DNA of 57,538 bases, the filler included, from Sanchytrium tribonematis (Eukaryota), in assembly GCA_018985235.1 (NCBI GenBank). It is 6 parts of 6 records of this genome, joined end to end, with 100 filler letters (N's around TTAATTAATTAA, not from the genome) between each part and the next. Parts side by side here need not be neighbours in the genome. Positions count along the whole stretch, not along the records: positions 29,075 to 38,525 come from JADGIG010000328.1; positions 38,626 to 48,050 come from JADGIG010000329.1; 4 more parts are not named here. One strand, given 5' to 3'. Position numbers and translations under genes: made by a program. The notes under the pieces are model-generated. The model was not told the origin of the DNA. It saw nothing but the letters and a program-made list of their open reading frames with translations, and ran no database searches. Below, piece by piece: positions 34,825 through 47,000 of the stretch (position 1 is its first letter; each line of letters starts with the position of its first letter).

Positions 34825-35685
34825 TTAGATTTTAAAATACAAGTTTAAAAATCCGTCTTGGCCAATTGAAGCAAATCGATTTTCTGTAGCATGTGCAGAA
34901 ATTGACTGTACACTGTTAGAATGAGCTGGTAATTCATTTATCAACTCAAAATTTTGGTCAAAAATATTGATACTTCCTTCAGCAGTTCCAAAAATAATCC
35001 ATTTTTCATTAAACCCGACTTTGCATTTCAAATTCTCACTATACTTTTCAACTTCATGAAATTTGCACAATTTTCCATTATACCTGTCTAACAATCTTAT
35101 AACACCATCTTGGGATAGAGTCAAAATTCCATTATTGCTTTTTAAAATTTGAATATCGGTTATCACCGACCCAATTTCGTCTACATATAGCTGGGCTTGT
35201 CTTAAATCGTAAGTCCTAAGGATTCCATCGGCACTTCCGGTGTAAATGTATTTATCGTTGTACTCTAACGATATGACACTATCGCTGGCTTCCGAAAAAG
35301 TCTGAAGACAAGTTTTAGCTCTGATATCCCAGGCTTTCATCTCACCATCTAATGAGCTTGTAATGAGCAAATTCTCATCGCAAAATTTAACATCCATAAT
35401 TGGACTGAAATGACCAGCAAGTTTTTGAATTATAGAATGCGAGGCCACATCCCAAATAAAAGCTTGTTTTTCTCTTCCTCCAGAACATAGTTGGCTGTGG
35501 TTTGGATTGAAATGGACTGTGGAGACTTCGTATGTATGGCCTTTAAAGTTTGAAAGAATTTTGCCACTTCGGCTAGAAATAATTGAGATAAATCTATTTT
35601 GAGTTCCGATTGCTAAATATTCAAAATCTGAGTTATAGCAGATACAAGTTAAAGGCCCATTGTCTATCTGAACTTTGGACAACAT
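34825..35685 (-). CDS. WD40 protein, WDR83/MORG1-like
   Basis: GHTYEV, WDVA, AWDIR, QTFSEASDSV, GSADGILRTYDLR. First ATG at 35685. Confidence 0.8.
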   Translation of the reverse strand: MLSKVQIDNGPLTCICYNSDFEYLAIGTQNRFISIISSRSGKILSNFKGHTYEVSTVHFNPNHSQLCSGGREKQAFIWDVASHSIIQKLAGHFSPIMDVKFCDENLLITSSLDGEMKAWDIRAKTCLQTFSEASDSVISLEYNDKYIYTGSADGILRTYDLRQAQLYVDEIGSVITDIQILKSNNGILTLSQDGVIRLLDRYNGKLCKFHEVEKYSENLKCKVGFNEKWIIFGTAEGSINIFDQNFELINELPAHSNSVQSISAHATENRFASIGQDGFLNLYFKI

Positions 35686-35708
35686 AGATTGAAATTTTGA
35701 GGAGAGGA

Positions 35709-36470
35709 TCAATTTATTTGACTTTTTGCAATTTCTTCGCGTATTTTGCTACTGCTGAGTTTATCTCCATTTTTAAAATCTGGAAGTGGATCCACAAATA
35801 TCAATTGCAATTTGTTCAACCCATTTCTTGAGCGGATTTCGTTTATTTTCAACGAGTTATCGATAGTTTCTGTAGAAGCAATCAAACCGCCGATAGTTGC
35901 ATCCGAGATGGTGGGACCGTAAGGATCTTCTAAGGGTATGACATCTACCTCCTCTACAATGTCTTTTAAAATTGACTCTATTATCAATTTTCTTTCAGAA
36001 TAGCTTTGGATCAAAGACTGATGATTCTTTTTTGGCGCTTTTACGATTCCAATGGTGACTTTGTCACTAAGAAAAGCCGCTGAGTATAGCAAAAGCATAT
36101 GGCCTGAGTGTAAATGGTCAAAAGTGCCACCTAATGCAACATGGTGGATTTGTTTCTTTTGCAGTGGCATATCAGGAATAAGTTTAAGCTCAGGTTCTTG
36201 TATTTCAAATAATGGCTCAATATCAGCATGATCCTTCCAGTCCTTAGAGACTAAAATTTCGCTTAGTTCCAAATTAATCATCAATTCGGTTTTGTATTTG
36301 AATTTTGCATACTCTTTTACATAATATAATTTGAATAGAATAGCGTAAAATGATTGGAAATCTTCATCGGATATAAATTTCAAGCTTATGGATGATTTTT
36401 CAATGTCTCCGGTTAACTGATTAATTGCTCCTGAAGTCTGGTTTTTCAATGAATAGATTGTTTGTATCAT
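35709..36470 (-). CDS. CAB4: Phosphopantetheine adenylyltransferase (Cab4-like)
   Basis: LGGTFDHLHSGH, DPYGPT, INEIR, KLSSSKIR. Confidence 0.9.
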   Translation of the reverse strand: MIQTIYSLKNQTSGAINQLTGDIEKSSISLKFISDEDFQSFYAILFKLYYVKEYAKFKYKTELMINLELSEILVSKDWKDHADIEPLFEIQEPELKLIPDMPLQKKQIHHVALGGTFDHLHSGHMLLLYSAAFLSDKVTIGIVKAPKKNHQSLIQSYSERKLIIESILKDIVEEVDVIPLEDPYGPTISDATIGGLIASTETIDNSLKINEIRSRNGLNKLQLIFVDPLPDFKNGDKLSSSKIREEIAKSQIN

Positions 36471-36599
36471 CCCTCAAGTTAAAGTTGAACCAATTTAGGT
36501 AAAATTTTAGTTTGATTAAGACTTTAAGTGAATATAGTAGAGAACAAGTGGAAATAAGCTCTTTGCTGAGAAGTTTTTCTAAATTTGAAACAACAAAAA

Positions 36600-37379
36600 A
36601 TGTCAATTGAAGCTTGGAATATTGTACTAGCATACAGTATTGGATCTCGCAACTACAAGGATATATGGAGTATCAGATCAATTAACAAAACGCTATACAA
36701 TTTAGCAAATAGCGTCATTCCATTAGAGTACTTGATTACAAGCTGCGAAAAATGTAGACATTGTGGCCTCGAAACTAAACTATTGCAGCCAAATGACAAA
36801 TTCTACAGGATGTGTAAGACATGCTTAAAATGCCATTATAGGCTTTACGATATGGTGCTCCATAGAGATGTGGTGGAATTGTACGCTTTAAAAAAAGAAC
36901 ACGTTCGAAACTGGATCAATTTGGGATTGCTTAAAGGCAAAGGTTCTTACTTTTGCGGGATCACAGCTAAGAGATTGGCTCTCCAACATTACGAGAGCGA
37001 TGAAGCACTGAAAGCCGCTTTAAAGAGAAGAAATCGATTCAAAATAGGCGCCCAAAAGGCCAACAAAACTAAGCTCGAGCGTAAAATGAAAAAAATGGAA
37101 GATAAAAAGGCAGCTAGAGAAAAATCCAGAGTGGAAAAGAAACTTGAACAAGAACTTTCTGTGGTCGAGCTAAAAACCACAACTCAAATTTCAAAGCCTA
37201 AAATTTATGCACAATTCCAAGTCTGTTCCAGCGCGGTTAAAAGAGCACAATTTCTATTCGAAGCTGCAGCGAAAAGAAATATCAAAATTAGCACATGCAA
37301 AATCGTGACTTGCTTCTTGTTGGGCAAAAGTGAAATGACTCTCTATGAAGTCTTGGATGCAATGGAAAAAGTGAAATAA
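36600..37379 (+). CDS. Hypothetical basic protein with an F-box-like N-terminus and CxxC motifs
   Basis: MSIEAWNIVLAY...IRSINK; CRHC...CKTC; lysine-rich helix. Confidence 0.6.
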   Translation: MSIEAWNIVLAYSIGSRNYKDIWSIRSINKTLYNLANSVIPLEYLITSCEKCRHCGLETKLLQPNDKFYRMCKTCLKCHYRLYDMVLHRDVVELYALKKEHVRNWINLGLLKGKGSYFCGITAKRLALQHYESDEALKAALKRRNRFKIGAQKANKTKLERKMKKMEDKKAAREKSRVEKKLEQELSVVELKTTTQISKPKIYAQFQVCSSAVKRAQFLFEAAAKRNIKISTCKIVTCFLLGKSEMTLYEVLDAMEKVK

Positions 37380-37391
37380 AAGTTGTATTTA

Positions 37392-38490
37392 TTAAGCAGT
37401 TTGATGAATTTTGTGAAACATTTCTTCCGTTGTCATTAAATGAGAGACCTTGTCTATAGAGTTTAACATATTTTCAACATTTGAAGTCCAATCTTGCACA
37501 GAATGTTGTGGCTTCTCAAAGGTAATAATTTGGGTAAGTCTGTCAATTTTACAGGTAATAATTTTTTTAGTGACCAGATCGCAAACAATTTGCTCAAGTT
37601 GATCCACTGGAATTTTAAGCAAAGACGCCATGTGTGTCATATTGATTCTATAGTAATACAAACTCATGACTCTGACATTCTAAATTAAAAAAAATTACAT
37701 GCTGCTGAATTCTAAGCTGTAATATCTCATCAGGAAAAGAGATGTTTTCAGTGATGAGTTCATTTCCAACAACCTGTTTCAAAAAGCTCTTGAATGGGTG
37801 GTCATATTTAATCAATTGCTGCAGTTCATGGATTTGCTCCATTGAATATTCTGCAAGAAATGTGTAGAAACAATTTTTTAAATTTTCAGATGACTTTTCC
37901 AATTGATATAAAGTGGCATAAGTTTGCCCCAATTTTTGAAAATTTTTGACAGCTAGATAATACTTTGCCAGTAATTGGTAATATGTCTTATTTTCAGCTG
38001 GATAATCTTTAAGGACATTCATGTTTACTTTTTTGGCTAGTAATTCGACCTTGCTAAATTGTTGCAATTTCACTAAACATTCAAATTGTTGAAGTATAAA
38101 TGATAATTTCTCATATCTATCAAGTTGAATCGTGTCAATGTTCACATCCAGTAATTTTGAAGGATCATTTTTGCTGAGTAGTAAAACAATTTTTGCATAT
38201 TGACCTTCTAAATAAATCTTATTTTGAGTCACATCATATAAATCTAACAACTGTTTTTGGGACGGATTTTTGGTATCCAAAATATGCTGCACAATCTTGG
38301 AGATATTTTGTTTAATTAGCCCGTGTTTATTAGCAATTGTGGCTAGATCTTGGGCCAAGTCTTTAGAACTATCGACAATGTGTTTGATAATTGCATAATT
38401 TTCGTCTTTAAGCTGGTTGTTGCGGCTGTATTTTTCATACTGAAAGTAAATTTTGGAGTCATTTGATTTCAAAGCCTCGGCAAGTTGCAT
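37392..38490 (-). CDS. RPN5: 26S proteasome lid subunit Rpn5/PSMD12 (PCI domain), two exons, 359 aa
   Basis: KHGLIKQ, KIYLE; splicing gives QQHNVRVMSLYYYRI; CKIDR; HLMTTEEM. Confidence 0.88.
37680..37698 (-). other. 19-nt spliceosomal intron GTAATTTTTTTTAATTTAG
   Basis: Restores the Rpn5 HN.RV..YY.RI motif. Confidence 0.9.
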
Positions 38491-38525
38491 GGAAAGGAGT
38501 TGTAAGAAAAATTATCAATTTTATT

Positions 38526-38625
38526 NNNNNNNNNNNNNNNNNNNNNNNNNNNNNNNNNNNNNNNNNNNNTTAATTAATTAANNNNNNNNNNNNNNNNNNN
38601 NNNNNNNNNNNNNNNNNNNNNNNNN
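38526..38625. other. Artificial contig spacer
   Basis: 44N-TTAATTAATTAA-44N. Confidence 0.98.
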
Positions 38626-40135
38626 TTTCTAATGAGTTGCAAAATAGTTTGTATTTTTTAATCAAGGAATATAAATCAGTATCAAATCGAAATTCAACAT
38701 CATGTTCTGTATCATCGTGGTCAAATGGCAAGTCCAATTTGAAATTTTCTCTTTTGAACTGATTGTGTAGAAAATAGTTTGTGTGCAGTACGGGAGAATT
38801 TCCGAAATTGTTAAAAATGTCCCTTCTATACTCTTTATAATTGGACATATGTATATGCCAGATGCATGCGATGTCTGCAGGTAAATCCATTTCCTCATAA
38901 TTGTCATTTTGATTCAAATAATTTAAAAATATAATATATCTTTGAATAGCAATATGGAGATGATGCGGATCTCTTAGTATATTGGATTTATAAAACATTT
39001 GATACAAAGCATAATTTTGACTCAATTCGGCTGAAGTGAAAGGAACAAAATCAAATGAGTCTTCCATCAAAAATGAATCATGCTTTAAAAATTTTTGAGC
39101 TAAATTTGGAACTTTGGCAAAAGCCACCTCTTTAACAAAGAGTGAAACGACAGTTCCATAATCTTTTTTGCTTTTAAAGTAAGAATATACTAAAAACTGA
39201 TTTGTTTTCCAACCATCTTCATGCTGCAATTCGCAATTTTCTAATTTTATCTTTGGCCAAAATTTAGAAAAATCCTTGGGACTAATTGAATTACTGTTCA
39301 ATTTTTTCACAAGTAGGTGCCATTTTATCATTGCAGAATGACAAGACTCGACAATTAAAGGATAGTCAGCAGGATCATATGAATACTCTAAAGTTTTCCA
39401 GTTAATATCTACATTTACATAATCATAAAGCATGCTTAAATGTAGGCAACTAATAGCATCCAAAGTTGCTTTTTTTCTCTTTAAATTGTTAAGACCATTT
39501 TTAAAATAGTTTTGCACTTGTTTAAGATCAATAAAATTCAAAATCGAAGTTTGATGTAAATAATTTAAATAATACCAAAGATCTTGATATCCGTAAGAGC
39601 TTCTACACCCCGTGCAATTTTCAATATAAACAGTATGACATAGGCAGCATGTTTGAATCATCGATTTGCAGCATCCGGTGCAAGTTTTATCTGTATTCAT
39701 AGTCCCACAATAATGGCATTCATGCAAAAATATATCTGGTGATTTATGTTCAAGTAGTATTGTAGATAAACAAGCTGCACATTTGGGCTTGATATTCATT
39801 GAATGACAATTTGGGCAAGATTGTAATGGTAAAAAGCCACATGCCTGGCAATAAAATCCTCGAGTCATAGTTTGACACTTTGGACAATCAAATATTTCCA
39901 GGGAATAAAGACCACATGCAATACAGGATTTATCGCTATTATTGATAGTTTGACAATGCTCACATGTCCATAATTCCATATCCGCAAAAGGAAATGCCAA
40001 TGCGTAATTACACGCCGTACATTCGGGACCCATACTTACGGTGCCACATTGACAATAATTCATTATGAAGTTATCACATGCGCTGCAGCTCTCTGTATTG
40101 AGACTAATTGTATGGCACAACGCGCAACTTTGCAT
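38626..40135 (-). CDS. CxxC-repeat protein with a GRDP/DUF1399-like domain, 3' truncated
   Basis: About 180-aa array of CxxC pairs; AIQRYIIFL and PADIACIWHIHM motifs. Confidence 0.65.
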
Positions 40136-40284
40136 TAATTTCAAGGAGATATCCTAAATCTAAAATTACGGGCGAAATGATTTTGTGACGATTCTGGTAA
40201 GTTGTTGCGCCTGACAGTTGCATATTTGAGGATATTTAGGATTTTTGTTTCCCCAAATTAATTTTCACCCCCATCTAAACATTC

Positions 40285-40795
40285 ATGAGCTCGATTCATG
40301 TCCCACATCTTTATGATAAAATAATTTCTAATACGATCGACAAAATGAGATCAGAATTCGAAAATAGCGGTATTCCAACTAGCGTTTTAGTAGAATTGAA
40401 TGCAAAATGGAGAACAAAACTTCACCAACCTAACCAAACTCAACGTAATTTAACCCCACCATCAGATGATGAGGAAGACGAATATGCGGACCATGCAAAT
40501 AATTACTACAATGGCTTCCAAGTAGATGGAGATCTACATTTGCCATACGTGGCGAATATTGCTCCAACCCCACCACCCATGCAAAGCAACAACGAATTAC
40601 CTAGCGAGACCAGTAGCGATGAAGATGAAATGATAAATGATAAAATACTCTGTCAATTTGAGAAAGTAAGTCGCACTAAGAATCGTTGGAAAACTAATTT
40701 TAAAGATGGTAAAGATAATTAACTTAGGAATTATGAATTTTAATGGGACAGATTATGTTTTTCACAAAGGAACTGGAGAGTTTATTTTTCAATAA
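40285..40795 (+). CDS. TOA1: TFIIA large subunit (Toa1), two exons, 163 aa
   Basis: LYDKII...FENSG...W..KL; QVDG; LCQFEKVSRTKNRWK; splicing gives KDGIMNFNGTDYVF. Confidence 0.93.
40709..40727 (+). other. 19-nt spliceosomal intron GTAAAGATAATTAACTTAG
   Basis: Restores the conserved TFIIA C-terminus. Confidence 0.92.
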
Positions 40796-40823
40796 AGTGA
40801 CAATAAGGTTTAAACTTTGTTTC

Positions 40824-43800
40824 ATGCTTTTCCAAAAAATGAAAAGTATGGGAATTCCATTAATACCGCAAGAATGGAATTCACATTTATTTAAGCAGTC
40901 TAATATATACCCTACTGAAGAATTGTCTAGTTTGAGCCTCAAACACCTTGAAAAACACTTACCAACAAGATCTACAAATGAAGTCGTTGTACCTAATTTG
41001 AAACTTCCTCCTTTAGCTGGTGGCTCATTAAAAGATCATCTTTACACAATCGGGCAATTGTATTTAAACCCAACTCAATCCCTCGTAAATGAAATAATCG
41101 CAAGTAACGTTAAAAAACCCCTGAAGTGGTCTACAAAACCTGGATGGTCTAAATATATGGGTGAGGTAATTGAAAAAGTTCCATACCCCAATGAAAAAGT
41201 ATTTGTATTCGATACGGAAGTACTAGTCCCACAATCCAAATACCCAATTTTAGCAGTTGCGAAAAGCTCCAAATATTGGTACTCTTGGTGCGCACCGTGG
41301 TTCCATCTAGATGCAATTGAGAATGATACAGAACAAATTTCGACTGAAATTGAAAAATTCCCAATAGAAGAAAAATTAATATCTTTTGGAAACAACGATA
41401 CAAAATTGTTTATAGGTCACATGGTTTCTTTTGAAAGAGCTAAAATATTGCAAGAGTATCTTTACTTTCCTACAAAATACCAATATCTGGATACGCTGAG
41501 CATGCATATTAGTGTTTGCGGGCTCAGTAGTCAACAAAGAACCTCATTCATCAAGCAAAAAAAGATAATGGATCTTCCTGCACCAGATTTTAATGATCCG
41601 ACCAAGCTTTTAGATTGGAATGATCTTCAACCAGACAAATGGGTTCAAGAATCTTCTATGAACAGTCTTTTACATGTAGCTAAATTTCACTGCGATATAG
41701 ATCTCAATAAGTCTATTCGTGATATCTTTGTGAAAGGTAATTTGGAAGAAGTTCAACAAAATGCACAAACTTTATTTCAGTATTGCGCAGAAGATGTAGA
41801 GGCTACACATCAGGTTTTCAAAGCTGTGTATCCAAAGTTTCTCAAAAAGTGTCCCCATCCTATTTCCCAAGCAGGTCCGATGATTATGTCCAAGTCGTTT
41901 TTGCCCGTAAGCAAAAGATGGGATGATTTTGTGGAAATAAATGAAGCAAAAACTAATGCTTTACAATTTAGGATCGAGTCTCGACTCAAAGAATTAGCAT
42001 TAGAAGCGTTAGACAAAATTATTATTAGAGGCCCCCTATTGCCTGTTGAAATCCTTGAAGGCGTCAACTATTCCACTCCGTTGGAACTGGAAAGATACGA
42101 GTTTTGTTCAGTCGACACTAAATTATTGATGCAACATCCCCATTGGTGTTTTTTGGACTGGAGAATGCCCAGCGCAAAATATACCAAAATCGGCATGCCA
42201 TACAAAGGACAGAAACTGCGGAATTATCCTTTGTGGGTTCACCAAATTATAGCTGGAAATGAAATCAAAATATCTATGAAAGTCAAAACTGCAGTTTATT
42301 TGATGGAGGCAAAACTGGAAAAACAATATGTTTGGTATCATCCGAATGAAGGCTACTGTCTTTTGACGCAGTCTCAAGACGTTTTGGAGAAATATAAACA
42401 TTTAACTCAATTTCCATTTGAATCAAATTTTCGTAGCAGCTATAAGGGTAAGTCTGCTTTGGGCTATGATAGTAAAACAAAGACAGTATCAAATTATGAG
42501 GACACTGAAGAATCGATTTTGGATGCGTATAAAAATTACAATGTTATTAGACTCAGCTCTGAAAAAACAATTATGGGAACATTTTTTACAAAATCAATCG
42601 GAAAAAAGAAAAGCATTTTAAGTTGTAAAGACTCGGAATGTTTAGAAAATATCATATTACTAGCTAATAATGCTTCTTATTGGGTGAGTGCGAGAAAAAG
42701 AATAGAGTCGCAGTTTATAGTGCCTGCTAAATCTATGCCCGATAACAAAGGCGTTATAATGCCTATGATTGTTCCTTGTGGAACAGTCACACGAAGAAGT
42801 GTCGAGCCAACATGGGTGACTGCTGCCAACGTCAAAAAAGGAAGATTTGGAAGTGATTTAAAGATGCAAATTCAAGCACCAAGCGGATACAGTATAATTG
42901 GCGCAGACGTTGACAGCGAGGAACTATGGATTGCTTCTTTGCTTGCAGATGGTCAATTTGAGGAGCATGGAACCAGTGCTATCGGATTTATGACGTTGCA
43001 AGGTCAGAAGAAAGACAAAACTGATATGCATAGTGTCACAGCAAAGCTTGTCAACATAAGTAGAGATGAGGCAAAAGGTTTCAACTATGCGCGGATTTAT
43101 GGAAGCGGGGAAAAACATGCAGCTAGAACATTAGAATTGGGACAAAGTATCAGTAAAGAAGAGGCTGATGAAAAGGCCAAACAACTTTTTAAAGGTACAA
43201 AGGGTATGAGGCTAGAATTTAGAGCCGAAGGACTTAAACTTCCAAGACGAGTTTGGTGTGGTGGTACTGAATCTTTGATGTTTAATGTTTTAGATAATGC
43301 AGCGGAATTGCCAGAGCCCTGTACTCCCACACTTCGCGCAGTCATACCTGATAGTTTACTTCCAAGAAATGTAGATCGAGATTTCGTAACAACTAGAATC
43401 AATTGGATTGTTCAAGGTAGTGGTGTGGATTATTTACACATGCTCCTTGTGTTGATGAATCACTTTATTCAACAATCTGGAATTGATTGCAAATTTATGC
43501 TCAGTGTACATGACGAAATACGATTTCTTTGCAATAACGACGATATTTACAAGGGCGCTTTGCTTTTGCAATACAGCAATTTGATTGTCCGTGCGTTTTT
43601 TGCAGAATCAATTGGAGTTGAATCTCTACCATTGAGTTGTAGTTTCTTCAGTGCCATTGATGTTGATACGGTGCTTCGCAAGGAACCAACAATCTCAAGT
43701 GAAACATTTCCTGAAATTCCAATTGGTAAAACAATTGATATTTATGACATTGTGAAGAACATAGACTTTGACAATTTTCAATTGAATGGGGTGAATCAAG

Positions 43801-44072
43801 TTTACGAGGCACCAGAAACTAAAAAATACTTGGACCTTGTCTTTCCTTTTGTAAAATTGTCTAAAGATGCCCACATGAAGTGGATTGAGATGCAACTAGC
43901 GGAAGACAAGGACGAATTTTATAGGTTGGGAAAAGAGCTGAGAGTATTGGTCAAGAATTTGGATCCTAGAAAAAGTACATTGAAACCAGTTCCGTTCAGA
44001 ACTATAAAAAAAATAAGAAAAATACGGCCTATTCCTGAAAATGACAGGTCATGTGTAAAAATTGTAAATTAA
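40824..44072 (+). CDS. MIP1: Mitochondrial DNA polymerase gamma
   Basis: VFDTE exonuclease motif, GTVTRRSVEPTW, GADVDSEELWIA, FNYARIYG, SVHDEIRF. Start placed at 40824 because 40743-40795 is TFIIA exon 2. Confidence 0.95.
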   Translation: MLFQKMKSMGIPLIPQEWNSHLFKQSNIYPTEELSSLSLKHLEKHLPTRSTNEVVVPNLKLPPLAGGSLKDHLYTIGQLYLNPTQSLVNEIIASNVKKPLKWSTKPGWSKYMGEVIEKVPYPNEKVFVFDTEVLVPQSKYPILAVAKSSKYWYSWCAPWFHLDAIENDTEQISTEIEKFPIEEKLISFGNNDTKLFIGHMVSFERAKILQEYLYFPTKYQYLDTLSMHISVCGLSSQQRTSFIKQKKIMDLPAPDFNDPTKLLDWNDLQPDKWVQESSMNSLLHVAKFHCDIDLNKSIRDIFVKGNLEEVQQNAQTLFQYCAEDVEATHQVFKAVYPKFLKKCPHPISQAGPMIMSKSFLPVSKRWDDFVEINEAKTNALQFRIESRLKELALEALDKIIIRGPLLPVEILEGVNYSTPLELERYEFCSVDTKLLMQHPHWCFLDWRMPSAKYTKIGMPYKGQKLRNYPLWVHQIIAGNEIKISMKVKTAVYLMEAKLEKQYVWYHPNEGYCLLTQSQDVLEKYKHLTQFPFESNFRSSYKGKSALGYDSKTKTVSNYEDTEESILDAYKNYNVIRLSSEKTIMGTFFTKSIGKKKSILSCKDSECLENIILLANNASYWVSARKRIESQFIVPAKSMPDNKGVIMPMIVPCGTVTRRSVEPTWVTAANVKKGRFGSDLKMQIQAPSGYSIIGADVDSEELWIASLLADGQFEEHGTSAIGFMTLQGQKKDKTDMHSVTAKLVNISRDEAKGFNYARIYGSGEKHAARTLELGQSISKEEADEKAKQLFKGTKGMRLEFRAEGLKLPRRVWCGGTESLMFNVLDNAAELPEPCTPTLRAVIPDSLLPRNVDRDFVTTRINWIVQGSGVDYLHMLLVLMNHFIQQSGIDCKFMLSVHDEIRFLCNNDDIYKGALLLQYSNLIVRAFFAESIGVESLPLSCSFFSAIDVDTVLRKEPTISSETFPEIPIGKTIDIYDIVKNIDFDNFQLNGVNQVYEAPETKKYLDLVFPFVKLSKDAHMKWIEMQLAEDKDEFYRLGKELRVLVKNLDPRKSTLKPVPFRTIKKIRKIRPIPENDRSCVKIVN

Positions 44073-44076
44073 ACAT

Positions 44077-47000
44077 TTAATTATCAGAAATATCTTTCAC
44101 TCTGCCTATTTCGTCTTCGGTACCACTTCCTCGCCTGACTCGCTTTAATTGTCGAATCAAATTAGCAGTGGCGGAAGTCTTGATTTTTTGCTCATCTTCG
44201 CTGTAAGAGGTCTGCTGCACTTCTTTTTTTCTCCAAGTAACTTTTTCTTTTAAGAATAAACTGGTATGAGAAAGTGCAGCTTTAAAAATGTCTTTTCTTA
44301 ATTGTCGCAAAAAATCTAAATACGTCCAGGTCTTGTCTTGATATTCAATAAGGGGCATGGTAAACAAAAATTGAGTCATATCCTCAAAATTTCTCTCTTT
44401 TTGACCCAAGTAGCTGATACATAGTTGAAAACTAGGAATTCGGATCAAGCAGAAAGTGCGATTTGCAACTGCCCTCATTTTCATCATTTCGATTTCAGTA
44501 TCATCTGCAGTGGCAGAGGTCGGCACTGTCACTGTAAACGCCTCTGAGTCAGAGCTCGACTCTTTGACACTATGGGAACTAGGAGACCGTGATAATGTAA
44601 TTTCCTTGCTACTAGACCTGCTTAAAGGCGGAAGAGCTAATTGGAGGGACGGGCTCTGGTCTTTTGTACTTTTCTTTTTGCCAACGCTTTTAATTGCGTT
44701 AAGCTTAGTTTGAGAAAAGATGTATTGAACCATCTTCTTCCCTAATTCATAAGTCATTTGTAGTCTTATTGGGGCAATGTCTACTTCAAAATGATCAACC
44801 ACACCGATTCCTGCCACAGCTGGTCTGTTCTTCAAATACACCCTCATCATTTTGTGAGGGTTTTCGAGTGGCGCCAAAAGTTCCTTAAAATTGCTGATCT
44901 GACTTAAATTAAGAAGCATTAACTTGTCGACCTCAATAACATTCACACGACTTTGATCGTCATAATCTACTGCAGTGTATGCAAATTCGTTACATATAAT
45001 TTTTGCGAGTGGTTCTTTATCCAACATTTCCCATTCTAGCAGATCTGCAGTTATTTTAAAACCATTTAACATGCTAAATTCTGTTTTATCAGATTTCGAA
45101 TGATCTGAAATACGGGACTGAGCTCTCATTAAAGAGTAAAACTTTTCCTCGAGAGTTCTCGTTTTAGAATCCAATAACTCCTTTATATTACCTGTAAAAG
45201 TAAATTCTAGCGTTGTGCTCAAGATTGTCTCGATATCGCTATTCGCAAGTACTCTGAGTTCTTGAATCTCTAATTGAAGATCGTGCGCCATTTGTTGTAT
45301 TTCAATAGAACTTTTCAAATGCATTGCAAAAAAGAATGCTTGAGTTTGCTGCATACGATTTTCAAAAAGAGGGTCCTTGTAAAGTACAAAATCACTTATA
45401 ATTTCACTAATAATGACAAATGCATCTGATTGACTAGAAAACTGAAAGTGTGGAAAATTTAACGACCAAAAATTGTATTGACTGGCATGTATCAATTGTA
45501 AAAACTCAGTGTCGTCATTAAAATTAATATATAAGGGATTACACTTTTGTAAATAATAAAATGCACTCGACTGTTTTAAAACTTTGCTGAGTTGCTTGTT
45601 TTCCAAGTCCTTGAGCATCTCAGCCAATGATATCCACGCCAAGTCTGGCGCTATTTCTTCAAACTGACCTACATGTATTGAAAAACCATTCACGCTTAAG
45701 GTCATTAAAGTCCTTATCCATTCTTCTTTGTCCATTAAAATGTATCCGTTCAAACTCATACTTTTGCTGCTAAAAATAGCAAATCCACCCATATCATTTT
45801 CTCCTTCTACTCTAATTTGAGAATTTATCATTTGAATAAAGTAACTCCGCATAATATTTTTGGAGCTTGTCAAACCTAATAGCTGATTCACGATCGTTTC
45901 AATACTATTGACCTTACCAGTTGCGTTCAATCCTGGCTTCGATTCACTTGAACTTTCAGCTTCGTTGATTGGATTTTGTTTGGCATTCTTCACTTGAAAA
46001 TAGAGATAGTCTACAATGCCATTAAATAAATCCTGCAAATATATGATTTTGTACAAAACATCTCTTAGCTTCGTGTTGAACCTGAGCTTCGGATTATGAA
46101 TGATTAATCGATGTTGAAATCCAAACAAATCACTGCTTTCTAAAGGTGAATTGGGAAATGGATCGCTACCTTTAGAAAGAGCGTCAAGAATCTCTGTGTT
46201 TTTTGCAATTGAATTTACCAAAAACTTTTGTTGACTTAGTCTTGCAGCATCTAGTTCAGAGTGCTCATGCTCAAGTTGAGCCAGTTGAATTTGTAATTGA
46301 TGAGTGTCTTTTTCTAATTTCAAAATATACTGCTGAATAAAATTGCGTTGGTAATATAAGATCTCATCAGCAACATTAGCCTCTGTTTTATGCGGTATGT
46401 CACAATTTCGATAATACATGATCATTGGAGAAGTTAAAAAGTCATAAGATTCTGAGTGATTAAAAAGTCTCATATTGACATCAATCCAGTAAATCTCAGA
46501 AGAATCAAGCAGCCATTGACAAAGCTTGGAGCTAAAAAAGGTTCCAGTATCACGCTCTACACCCAAAACAATTTTCATTTCGTGACCATTAGCAATTAAG
46601 CCAAAAGGGTCATTTAATGTATATTTAATGTTGAACGGCTTCAGGTCGACAACTAATTTGATGTCGAAAACATGCCGTGTGATGGTGTTTCCAAATGTAA
46701 ATTGATCTGGAGCAAAAATAATCCCTGTTCTGATTGGGATACTTCTATTACCTCGCAAAAAGCGAATGTATCTGTAAAACTCAAAAACTGTGTTTGGATT
46801 TAAAATCACCGTGTTGCTGGCATCCTCTTGATTCATGGACGTGATATGGCAACCAACGCGCAAGGCTTGACTTTTGAAATAAAACATTTCGTTGGGAGAC
46901 ATGTGGTTGTGTGTAAATTGTTCTTTATATTTCAAAGTTAAAAACTCAAAAGAAAATTTCCATTCGCATTTACCTTGTAGAACCAAATACTGCGAATATG

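Noticed and set aside
35686..35712. Overlap between the PPAT stop and the WD40 gene start
   Set aside because: The track ORF starts at TTG; the first ATG is at 35685, so there is no overlap.
40743..40823. N-terminal extension of DNA polymerase gamma
   Set aside because: This stretch is TFIIA exon 2 and its stop/poly(A) signal in another frame.
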